A stretch of DNA of 64,000 nucleotides from a virus (lineage: Duplodnaviria; Caudoviricetes). Made by a program: the position numbers and the translations under genes. Where the stretch lies: positions 1 through 64,000 of the IMG/VR virus record IMGVR_UViG_2636415425_000001; one strand, written 5' to 3'. The notes beneath the pieces are model-generated. The model was not told the origin of the DNA. It did not search any database and saw only the letters and a program-made list of their open reading frames with translations. Below are positions 14,348 to 21,654 of the stretch, one piece after another (within the stretch, counting starts at the first letter, position 1; the number at the start of each line of letters is the position of its first letter).

Positions 14348-14447
14348 GGATCTGCTGGCCCCTCACCCGAACTCTGCGCCTGCAAGCGCAATGCGCGGAG
14401 CGAGGGAGCAGGACGGGAACAGTTTGCAGGCCGTGACCGTCAATCCT
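14348..14447 (-). ncRNA. Putative three-way-junction RNA with kissing loops
   Basis: Closing GGATT/GATCC stem; loops CCUGCAAA and UUGCAG are complementary. Confidence 0.5.
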
Positions 14448-14522
14448 TGGTGCCGGCGGCCAGATTTGAACTGGCGACCTTCGCGTTACGAGTGCGCTGC
14501 GCTACCGCTGCGCCACGCCGGC
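14448..14522 (-). tRNA. tRNA-Thr(CGT)
   Basis: Loop CTCGTAA. Confidence 0.9.
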
Positions 14523-14681
14523 GAGAGAGAAATTCACAAACGGCCAGGACGAGCCTGGCCAAAGAGAAAAACATCGCTGCCTGAAACCACCGTTTGCCGC
14601 TCCACTGAAGGAGACCGGTACCGGTCAGCGAGATCGCCTTATGTCCTTGCGGGGGCGATCGTCCCGTATTCCAAATTCACG

Positions 14682-14876
14682 TCATGCAGCCGTCGGCGCG
14701 CCGCGACGATGCGGCTGCGAGCGGTTTAGGTAATCGAGATAGATCCTGCGGGCCTGGGCCTCGGTGACCTTGCGGCGGGCCACGACGGTCCGCACGAAGG
14801 CGAGCGCGACCGGCGAGGAGAAAATCCTCTGCTCGGCACGGTTCTCGAGTCCTGTGGTGGTCTTGGTCCGGGACAT
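14682..14876 (-). CDS. Small basic hypothetical protein at the head of the tRNA operon
   Basis: GGAGAAGG RBS, 64 aa. Confidence 0.55.
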   Translation of the reverse strand: MSRTKTTTGLENRAEQRIFSSPVALAFVRTVVARRKVTEAQARRIYLDYLNRSQPHRRGAPTAA

Positions 14877-15125
14877 CGCCCTTCTCCGCCTGGTGTGGCG
14901 GAGGACGATTCCTGCCGCCGGTTACGCTCTTGCTGGTGTGGGTAGCCCGGACTGTCCGAGCAGATAATTCGAACCTTGCTTCGTCACGCGCATGCACGCC
15001 CAATCGCTCGACCGGGTAAACGGTCGTTCGATGGCGGCGGCGACGATATGTGCAGCTATGCGCAACACGGGCTTCGGTCCTAAGAGCGCGGGCAAATCAT
15101 TTGCCGGCGGTTTCGATGGGGCAGC

Positions 15126-15155
15126 GGTATGCGCAGAACTTCGCGAATCCGTCAA
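15126..15155 (-). promoter_or_regulatory. Candidate sigma70 promoter for the tRNA operon
   Basis: TTGACG-18 nt-CATACC; spacer holds the operator-like TTCGCGAAGTTCTGCGCA. Confidence 0.4.
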
Positions 15156-15288
15156 GGCCTCCACTCCGCACAATCGTTGAGCGAGGCCTCCGTTCCGTGC
15201 CGCCACGGGCAGTATGCCGCTCTAGCTAACTGCCTCAAGATATGGACGATTTGACTCCGGCGGAGCGCGCGGCATTCACTGCGGCATC

Positions 15289-15771
15289 ATGACCGAAAAA
15301 ATTTCTTCAGATGCCGCCAAATTGACGCGCCGACCGATGGAAGAGCGCACCGGATGGCACGTCTACTACGCCGATGTTTGCATCGGATGGATCGCCGCCC
15401 GAGCCGGCGTCCCCCGCGAGTCCGACCAGTGGGCATGGTACTGCGGCTTCTATCCGGGGGCTGCGCAGCACACCGAGCGTGACGGCACCGGGGTCGATTT
15501 CGAGCAGGCGCGAGCCCGCTTCGAGGGCGCCTGGGGAAATCTCGCTGAGATCCTGACCGAGGCCAATCTGCAGGAATGGCGCGATCAGCGCGACTGGACC
15601 GAGCGGAAATATGCGATGTGGGCGCGTGGCGAAAAGCTGCCTTCTCAACGGCCGTCATCGTTGATGCGCTGTCCCTGCGGGGCGACCTTTGATAGCCAGC
15701 AGCCCGACGAGAGCTACTCGCACCGCCAACACATCTATGCCGCGCAGAAGCGGGATGGGATTTCTCGATGA
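15289..15771 (+). CDS. Hypothetical protein
   Basis: 160 aa ORF; WxWxCGFYPG and CPCG motifs. Confidence 0.75.
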   Translation: MTEKISSDAAKLTRRPMEERTGWHVYYADVCIGWIAARAGVPRESDQWAWYCGFYPGAAQHTERDGTGVDFEQARARFEGAWGNLAEILTEANLQEWRDQRDWTERKYAMWARGEKLPSQRPSSLMRCPCGATFDSQQPDESYSHRQHIYAAQKRDGISR

Positions 15772-16031
15772 GAATGAAGGGCGATCGCCCCTATTCCGAC
15801 GCCGAGAAGGCCGCCCGCAGGATCATGGAGCACGCCCGCGCGTTCGAGCCGATCCAGGATGGCCGGATCTACATCGAGAAGATCAACCGACCGATGATCG
15901 ACGACGACCAGGCCACGCCGGCTGAATATTGGGCCGGGCTCCAATATGCGATCGGCCAAGGCTGGCTCGAGTACCACGAGAGCGGAACGTTTGTGAGGAT
16001 GAAGCAGGCAGGGAAAGACCTGTTCGCATAA
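15768..16031 (+). CDS. Hypothetical protein
   Basis: ATGA-coupled; HESGTFV motif. Confidence 0.75.
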   Translation: MRMKGDRPYSDAEKAARRIMEHARAFEPIQDGRIYIEKINRPMIDDDQATPAEYWAGLQYAIGQGWLEYHESGTFVRMKQAGKDLFA

Positions 16032-16063
16032 AAAACACCAGCGCCCTACCCCGACGCTGGTGT
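16030..16063. terminator. Terminator hairpin (U-tract on minus strand)
   Basis: AACACCAGCG/CGCTGGTGTT stem preceded by an A run. Confidence 0.55.
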
Positions 16064-16221
16064 TGTAGGTCCGCATGCGTTGTAGCTGCCGCTGCGTGAA
16101 GCCAGCTTCCAAAAATTACCGCCTGCACGGCAATCGGCCAATGGTCTAACGGAACTATTGGAACAATTTGCACGGACGAGTTCCGACTCGCAAAACCCAC
16201 CTCGATACCTATCTCCTGGGC

Positions 16222-16824
16222 ATGCCAAAACCCCTGTTTCAGCCCTGCGTGCCGGTCGCCGCCAAGGCCGTCCCCACCGGGCCGGACTGGCTGCACGAGG
16301 TCAAATATGACGGCTACCGCGGCCGCGTCGAGCGCGACGGCAACGTGGTGCGGGTAAGATCGAAGTCCGGGCTAGACTGGACGTGGCGCTTCCCGTGGAT
16401 CGTCGAGAGCGCGCTGCAACTGCAGGCCCAGCGCTTCGCGATCGACGGCGAGATCTGCGTGCTCGATGTCCGCGGCGTCTCCGACTTCGACGCCCTGCAC
16501 TCCAACCGACACAACGAGGAGGCCCAGCTCTACGCCTTCGACCTGGTCGCACTCGACGGCGACGATCTGCGCGAGCTGCCGCTATTCGAACGAAAGGGTC
16601 GGCTTGCAAAGCTGCTGGCGCGCCGGCCGCAGGGCATCTTCGCCGCACCCTTCGAGGCCGGCGAGATCGGCCCGGACCTATTTCGCGCAGCCTGCGACAT
16701 GGGGCTCGAGGGCCTCGTCTCGAAGCACCGGAACCGGAGCTACCGTCCGAAAACCTGCAGCTGGATCAAGGTCAAGAACCGGAAGCACCCCGCATTCAGC
16801 CGGGTGAAGGACGCCCTGTCGTGA
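16222..16824 (+). CDS. ATP-dependent DNA ligase, adenylation domain (LigD-type)
   Basis: WLHEVKYDGYR, IDGE, YAFDL, EGLVSK and WIKVKN motifs. Confidence 0.92.
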   Translation: MPKPLFQPCVPVAAKAVPTGPDWLHEVKYDGYRGRVERDGNVVRVRSKSGLDWTWRFPWIVESALQLQAQRFAIDGEICVLDVRGVSDFDALHSNRHNEEAQLYAFDLVALDGDDLRELPLFERKGRLAKLLARRPQGIFAAPFEAGEIGPDLFRAACDMGLEGLVSKHRNRSYRPKTCSWIKVKNRKHPAFSRVKDALS

Positions 16825-16829
16825 AGTTT

Positions 16830-16964
16830 TCAGCCGGCGGCTGAATGCACGATGAGAGAACCGACGAAAAAGGCGAGCGCGAGCAAGCTTCCGGCGACGA
16901 GCAAAATCATCGCGGTCGGAAACAGTGATCTGCGCTGCGGCGTGGAAATCACGATGTCGGTCAT
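16830..16964 (-). CDS. 44-aa single-TM peptide
   Basis: MTDIVISTPQRRSLFPTAMILLVAGSLLALAFFVGSLIVHSAAG. Confidence 0.45.
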   Translation of the reverse strand: MTDIVISTPQRRSLFPTAMILLVAGSLLALAFFVGSLIVHSAAG

Positions 16965-17032
16965 TTAACCAGATGTAGTATCCGCCGACACCGGATCATA
17001 TCCGGACTGATACGGATAGACCCTAGAAACGC

Positions 17033-17069
17033 AAAAAAAGCCCGGCCATCCCCATCGGGACAGCCGGGC
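17033..17069 (-). terminator. Intrinsic terminator after the lysis genes
   Basis: GCCCGGC...GCCGGGC followed by T7. Confidence 0.7.
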
Positions 17070-17188
17070 AAGGTGGCGTTTGGGTAGTTGGATGGGCGGC
17101 CACGGATTGCTCCGCGACAGCCCTTGGTTACCGTCGCAACTTGGAGGGCAACGACGGGTCCGTCACGGCGCGGGCATGCGCCGGATAT

Positions 17189-17362
17189 CTATTGAGAGAT
17201 GGGCACGACGATGAAGCAGAGCGCGACGATCAAGAGCCCGATGAATGCGACACCGAGAGCCGTGTTCGTCTGGTTGACCGACTGGGCGCGCTTCGCCATG
17301 AAAAACCCGGCAAGCGCAGCGACGACGCCGGCGCCGGCAGCAATCGGCACGACCCAATCCAT
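17189..17362 (-). CDS. 57-aa two-TM protein
   Basis: MDWVVPIAAGAGVVAALAGFF...ALGVAFIGLLIVALCFIVVPISQ. Confidence 0.55.
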   Translation of the reverse strand: MDWVVPIAAGAGVVAALAGFFMAKRAQSVNQTNTALGVAFIGLLIVALCFIVVPISQ

Positions 17363-17371
17363 CGCGGCCGC

Positions 17372-17761
17372 CTACGGGATGAGAGAAAGCGTCGTAGCGA
17401 TCGCGGCCGCAACGATGGTGGTGAAGATCCAGACCTCGCGGCCCCAGCGGTCAGGCGCAAACACCCGAATGACGCAGGCGACGCCGAGGATTTGAACAAG
17501 CGCTGTAACGAGAAGCACCGGGCTGTGCAGCATGGAGTCAGCGTCCATGCCGCCGTTATCGAGATGGCGCCAATACCAGATCCATATCCGGGAAGCCGCC
17601 TCGGGCGCGAACGCGACGAGCAGCGAAATTGCGGCCTGAAGCCGGACGCGCCTCACACCGTTCTCCATGATCTCGCGTACCATGTAGACGCCGAACATAA
17701 CGCAGGCGAAAATCAACAGAAACGCCAACGTGCCATTGGCGCTCTCGAGGAGTTTCAGCAT
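17372..17761 (-). CDS. Multi-TM membrane protein (lysis region)
   Basis: AAGGA RBS; about 4 hydrophobic helices. Confidence 0.7.
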   Translation of the reverse strand: MLKLLESANGTLAFLLIFACVMFGVYMVREIMENGVRRVRLQAAISLLVAFAPEAASRIWIWYWRHLDNGGMDADSMLHSPVLLVTALVQILGVACVIRVFAPDRWGREVWIFTTIVAAAIATTLSLIP

Positions 17762-17762
17762 T

Positions 17763-18047
17763 TCAAATTCCTTGCCTCTTGCCGAATGACCGCATGTCGT
17801 GAACGAGTTGCGCAATCTCGTCGTGCCGTGGCGATGCCTGCGCGGACTCGCTCGACGAACGCGAAAGACTTACTGCTTCACGAAGCCTGCTCTGCGCATT
17901 GGTGATCTCGCGATCAGCAGTGTCGAGGCGGCGCATCGTGGCTTCGTGATCGTGCAATGCATTTTCGGCTGAAGCTTTGTCGATCTCCTCGTCATCAAAC
18001 GCCTTGATGATGCGGAGATGGCGCAAAAATTGTCGGAAGAGGCTCAT
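17763..18047 (-). CDS. Coiled-coil hypothetical protein
   Basis: ATGA-coupled ORF. Confidence 0.65.
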   Translation of the reverse strand: MSLFRQFLRHLRIIKAFDDEEIDKASAENALHDHEATMRRLDTADREITNAQSRLREAVSLSRSSSESAQASPRHDEIAQLVHDMRSFGKRQGI

Positions 18048-18568
18048 CGCTGCCTCCGCAAAAGGGCCCCATCAATTTTCGAAGCGATGCTGTCGATCTT
18101 CACTTTTGTTTCGGTGGCGGCTGTCGCCGCGGCGGAGCTGCTGTCTCGCGCCAGCGTGACCATACCCGTTAGGACTCGAACGGCATCCGCCTGTGAGGCA
18201 AACGTGCCGATCAGGTCTTTCAGCTTTTCGATGTTGTTGCCGTGGTAGAACTCGATCCGCTGGTTCACCATCTCGAACGCCGTGGCCTGCACCTTGATGG
18301 CCTCGGCGAGCGCCTCGGTGACACGATTCCGCTCCTCGGTCGACTCCGCGACCTTGGTCAGGGCCGCGTTGTTTGCCTCGACGAGCTTGCTGAAACGCGC
18401 GAGCTCTTCCTTCCGCTCGACATGGAGACGGTTGTTCGCTTTGAACAGCACCACGATTGCTCCAGCCAGGACGGAGATGGTTGCCAGCAGCACCGCAATC
18501 ACGGCGCCGGCCGGCCCCCACCCGGCAAGGGTTTGGGCAACGATTTCAGGCGTGCCGGCGGCTCCCAT
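18044..18568 (-). CDS. TM plus coiled-coil protein (holin/antiholin-like)
   Basis: N-terminal TM followed by a long helix. Confidence 0.65.
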   Translation of the reverse strand: MGAAGTPEIVAQTLAGWGPAGAVIAVLLATISVLAGAIVVLFKANNRLHVERKEELARFSKLVEANNAALTKVAESTEERNRVTEALAEAIKVQATAFEMVNQRIEFYHGNNIEKLKDLIGTFASQADAVRVLTGMVTLARDSSSAAATAATETKVKIDSIASKIDGALLRRQR

Positions 18569-18810
18569 CACCGCTTGCCCGCCTTCTTCTGTCGCGAGCA
18601 AGCCCGGGCGACGTCGCGGTCACCGATCGCTTGGACTGCGACCGCGGCGAGCGCGCTGCTCGGCGCCGCCCGCATCTCGGCGGCTACCTGTTTTTGGAAG
18701 TCCTGCGACCAGGTGCGGACCGGCGGGCAGACAACCGCCGGCGCGGTATCGGGCATAGTGCAGGTAAGCTGGACCGCGATGAAGGCCCAGCCGGTGCAGG
18801 TGAACGTCAT
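18568..18810 (-). CDS. Putative outer spanin component (Rz1-like)
   Basis: Position after the Rz-like gene; VVCPP...RAC pattern; no clean lipobox. Confidence 0.45.
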   Translation of the reverse strand: MTFTCTGWAFIAVQLTCTMPDTAPAVVCPPVRTWSQDFQKQVAAEMRAAPSSALAAVAVQAIGDRDVARACSRQKKAGKR

Positions 18811-19073
18811 GCCGAGCCCTCCTCGAGGCGCTTGATGGCGTCGTCGACCGACTTCGGGGCATTGGCTTGTGCCTCGAGCTCGGCCTGCTGAGCGTCAATG
18901 GTGGCGTTCTGCTGCTGGACGGTCGCCTGCGCCGCGCCGAGATCCTTGGCGTTCTGGTCGGCACGCTGCCGCGCCAAGTAATCGTTTAGCGAGTTCCCGA
19001 AGGCGTTGAAGAACGCCTCCAGGAGCGGCTGCAGGACCGTTAGAACAGCGGCGACGGTCGTTCCGCTGAACAT
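18807..19073 (-). CDS. Putative inner spanin (Rz-like)
   Basis: Hydrophobic N-terminus plus coiled coil. Confidence 0.55.
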   Translation of the reverse strand: MFSGTTVAAVLTVLQPLLEAFFNAFGNSLNDYLARQRADQNAKDLGAAQATVQQQNATIDAQQAELEAQANAPKSVDDAIKRLEEGSA

Positions 19074-19083
19074 GGCGATCGCC

Positions 19084-19773
19084 TTACGTTTTGGGGACGC
19101 TGGTCACGGCGGCGTTGACGTCCGGGACGGCTTCCGGCGCCAGGTTCAGCCGCGCGATGATCTTCTGTGCGATCTGCTCCGGGGTGCCGATGAACTGGGC
19201 CAGCCAGTCGGAACCGTGATCCAGCACGTACTGGAGAGCGGCCGCGACGACCTGGTTGTGCACGTCCGCGGTCAGGGCTTTGTCCTTCGTCGCGCCCTGC
19301 ACCATGTTGATGCCGTAGTTGATGCCCTTCTGGAGCAGCTGGTCGGCACGGACCGACACCAGGATAGCGTAGACCTGCGCCGGCAGCTTCCGCAGCAGCC
19401 ACGTCACGAAAGCGAAGATCATGGTGCCGATCGCAGTGGCCCACTGAGACACCGTGGCACCGTACGCCCAGGTGACCTTCGTGGTGTCGCTGGTCGCCTG
19501 CGCGACCGTCTCCGGTGCCGCGGCGTCGGCTGCGAACGCGACGTCGATCGCGAGCGAGACGCCGACCAGCACGGCCAATCCGAGAGCGAACGGGCGGACG
19601 CGACGCGGCAGCGCAACGGCAGCCAGCGCCAGGCCGATCAGGCCGGCGATCAGCATGCCCGTCGGATCAAAGGACGGGCCTGCGGCGACGAAGAACGATT
19701 TGCCACCCGCCAGCGCCAGGCTCGGCGCGAGCAGAAGGGGCACGGCAAAAGCCGCGCTGTAGAAGCGGTTCAT
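19084..19773 (-). CDS. Holin-like membrane protein
   Basis: Several TM helices; located in the lysis cassette. Confidence 0.6.
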   Translation of the reverse strand: MNRFYSAAFAVPLLLAPSLALAGGKSFFVAAGPSFDPTGMLIAGLIGLALAAVALPRRVRPFALGLAVLVGVSLAIDVAFAADAAAPETVAQATSDTTKVTWAYGATVSQWATAIGTMIFAFVTWLLRKLPAQVYAILVSVRADQLLQKGINYGINMVQGATKDKALTADVHNQVVAAALQYVLDHGSDWLAQFIGTPEQIAQKIIARLNLAPEAVPDVNAAVTSVPKT

Positions 19774-19824
19774 ATTTCACCTTTTCGGTTGTGGAAATGC
19801 GCGATTTCCGTCGCGCGGCGTTCT

Positions 19825-20394
19825 TCAAGATGCCCGGCGATAGGTGCCGAACACGAAGTCCCAGATCGGCGTGGTGACGCCGAAATTACCCTTCCCGCCC
19901 CGGTGATGACCGGAGTGGTGATCGTTCATGAAAGCGATGTATCGCGACAGCTTCGCCTTCGGTCCGTGATGGTGGAACCGGACGTGGATGGCGCAGTACG
20001 CCAGGTAACCGATCATCACGCCGGCCACAAAGACCGCCGCGCGATCCTCACCCGCAACCGCGCAGGCCAGCAGCCAGACCGCGGCGAACGCCGAGAACGT
20101 GCCGAGGCTCGAGATGCCGATCATGTCGCGAGGGAGTCGATGGTGCATGTCATGCATCGGCGCGAAGCGATTGTTGCCGTGGAAGATCGCGCGATGGATC
20201 CAGTATTCCGCGAGCGTCCACGCCGCCACGCCGGCGCCCACCCATCCGGCGATCGCCGAGAGGCTGATGCGGCCGAGGACCGCGAAGGCGATCAACGTGC
20301 AGATCGCCCATGGCACCAGCAGGAAGTCGAGGAAATACTGAAACGGCGACAGGTCGAAGGCCGGATCGAGCCCGGCGTGACGGTTCTCGTCCAT
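19825..20394 (-). CDS. Fatty acid hydroxylase / sterol desaturase family protein
   Basis: His boxes EYWIHRxxxH, HxxHH, YxxxHxxxHH, HxxHH and NFGVTxxIWDxVFGT. Confidence 0.92.
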   Translation of the reverse strand: MDENRHAGLDPAFDLSPFQYFLDFLLVPWAICTLIAFAVLGRISLSAIAGWVGAGVAAWTLAEYWIHRAIFHGNNRFAPMHDMHHRLPRDMIGISSLGTFSAFAAVWLLACAVAGEDRAAVFVAGVMIGYLAYCAIHVRFHHHGPKAKLSRYIAFMNDHHSGHHRGGKGNFGVTTPIWDFVFGTYRRAS

Positions 20395-20399
20395 GGCCG

Positions 20400-21185
20400 T
20401 CACGCCTCGTTGGTGGATACGCGGCCGTTGCTGAGGACGACCGGGAGATGGCTGAAGCCGATCTGGCTTGCCGGCGGCGGCGGAACGTCCTTCGGCCACC
20501 AGAAACCCTGGTTAAGCCGCGAAGCGGCAAAGGGCTCGATGTTGACGGCATCAGACTGGTTGCCGCCAAGCCCCATCACGTTGCCGTGCTGATCTTTGCC
20601 GACAACGACCGTGATGTGACCGCCTCCGGTCCGCTTCATCGGAGCAAAGGCGCCGACCGCCGGCCCGGCCAGTTTCACGGACGGCCACTTACCGGCGAAG
20701 TCTAGAGCCCAAAGCGTCTTGGTGCCCTTGAGGCCCACCTTGGTCAGGATGTGATTGGCGAAGAGCGCGCACCACGGGATCGAATCGTGGGTGTATTCGG
20801 CCGCGATATCGCCGCCTTCATCCTTGGCCCAATCGATGATGACGGGGTTGTCCTTCGAACCCGCGCCCTCCTTCGTTCCGATCAGCTTGATGCCGGCTTC
20901 AAGCCACAGCGGCCGGCTGATTTCCGCTGCCGGCGCCGGTGCCGGTGCCTTTCCGGTCATAGCAGCGTCAAGGGCCGCTCCCGTCAACGGCCCCACCTCA
21001 CCATCGACGTTCAACCCGGCGCGCTTCTGGAACGTCTCGACTGCTGTATCGGTCGCCGGACCGAACCAGCCGGTCCCCTTCAAATCATATCCGATGGACT
21101 TCAGAGCAAGTTGAACCTGCTTCACGGCGTCACCCGTTGCGCCCATGCGCAAGGGCGTCGCCGCCACGAGGGCCGCGATCGTCAT
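20400..21185 (-). CDS. Endolysin: PG-binding domain plus TIGR02594-type NlpC/P60-like domain
   Basis: VKQVQLAL...FQK..GL.VDG.VGP.T; IPWCALF, GGHI, LGGNQSDAV. Confidence 0.9.
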   Translation of the reverse strand: MTIAALVAATPLRMGATGDAVKQVQLALKSIGYDLKGTGWFGPATDTAVETFQKRAGLNVDGEVGPLTGAALDAAMTGKAPAPAPAAEISRPLWLEAGIKLIGTKEGAGSKDNPVIIDWAKDEGGDIAAEYTHDSIPWCALFANHILTKVGLKGTKTLWALDFAGKWPSVKLAGPAVGAFAPMKRTGGGHITVVVGKDQHGNVMGLGGNQSDAVNIEPFAASRLNQGFWWPKDVPPPPASQIGFSHLPVVLSNGRVSTNEA

Positions 21186-21206
21186 CCCGTTCTCCTGTTG
21201 GGTATC

Positions 21207-21227
21207 AAAAAGCCGCCCGAAGGCGGC
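21207..21227 (-). terminator. Intrinsic terminator
   Basis: GCCGCC-TTCG-GGCGGC followed by TTTTT. Confidence 0.7.
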
Positions 21228-21235
21228 GCGTTAGA

Positions 21236-21649
21236 TCAAAGCTTCGAGGCGTTGATCCAGAGTTCGTCCATTTGGGCGGACGTCCATTGAAGAGCCGTGC
21301 CGAGCTTGAGAGTCGTGGGGTGATTCCGGTTGAACGAGGTGGCCCCGGATATCAGCATCTCCGCGTCGAATTGCTCCTCGGTAGGCAGGAGGTTGAGCAC
21401 CTGCTGCAGCGCAGCCGGGATATCACCTGTCTTGACCGCGGCGAGCGCCTCGGCGTTCGTGATGACGCCCTGAATGGCGAGGCGCTGGAAAAACTGGCGA
21501 TCCGAGATCGTCTCCGGCACCATCGTCGGATTGAGAAATGCAACGACGGACGGATCATCGTCGTCGATCGGATCGAGGACACGGTCGGGCTGCTCGCACC
21601 GAAACCATGAGACGATCTCACCAGCGTTGTTTCGCTCCACAAATCCCAT
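21236..21649 (-). CDS. Tail fibre assembly-like protein
   Basis: ISDRQFFQ.LA...MDELW..AS; follows the fibre gene. Confidence 0.7.
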   Translation of the reverse strand: MGFVERNNAGEIVSWFRCEQPDRVLDPIDDDDPSVVAFLNPTMVPETISDRQFFQRLAIQGVITNAEALAAVKTGDIPAALQQVLNLLPTEEQFDAEMLISGATSFNRNHPTTLKLGTALQWTSAQMDELWINASKL

Positions 21650-21654
21650 ATCGA

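Noticed and set aside
4249-14729. Many ORF-track entries overlapping tRNAs (e.g. 4981-5646, 5231-5695, 12505-13203, 13290-13622)
   Set aside because: They are translations of tRNA sequence without RBS or protein motifs
3277-15200. GOLLD or other giant ncRNA in the array
   Set aside because: No unassigned stretch of several hundred nt and no recognisable consensus by eye; needs Infernal to exclude formally
16150-16175. LexA box or ECF promoter upstream of the ligase
   Set aside because: GAAC repeats are spaced N5 rather than the alphaproteobacterial N7, and the GGAAC-to-GTT spacing does not fit
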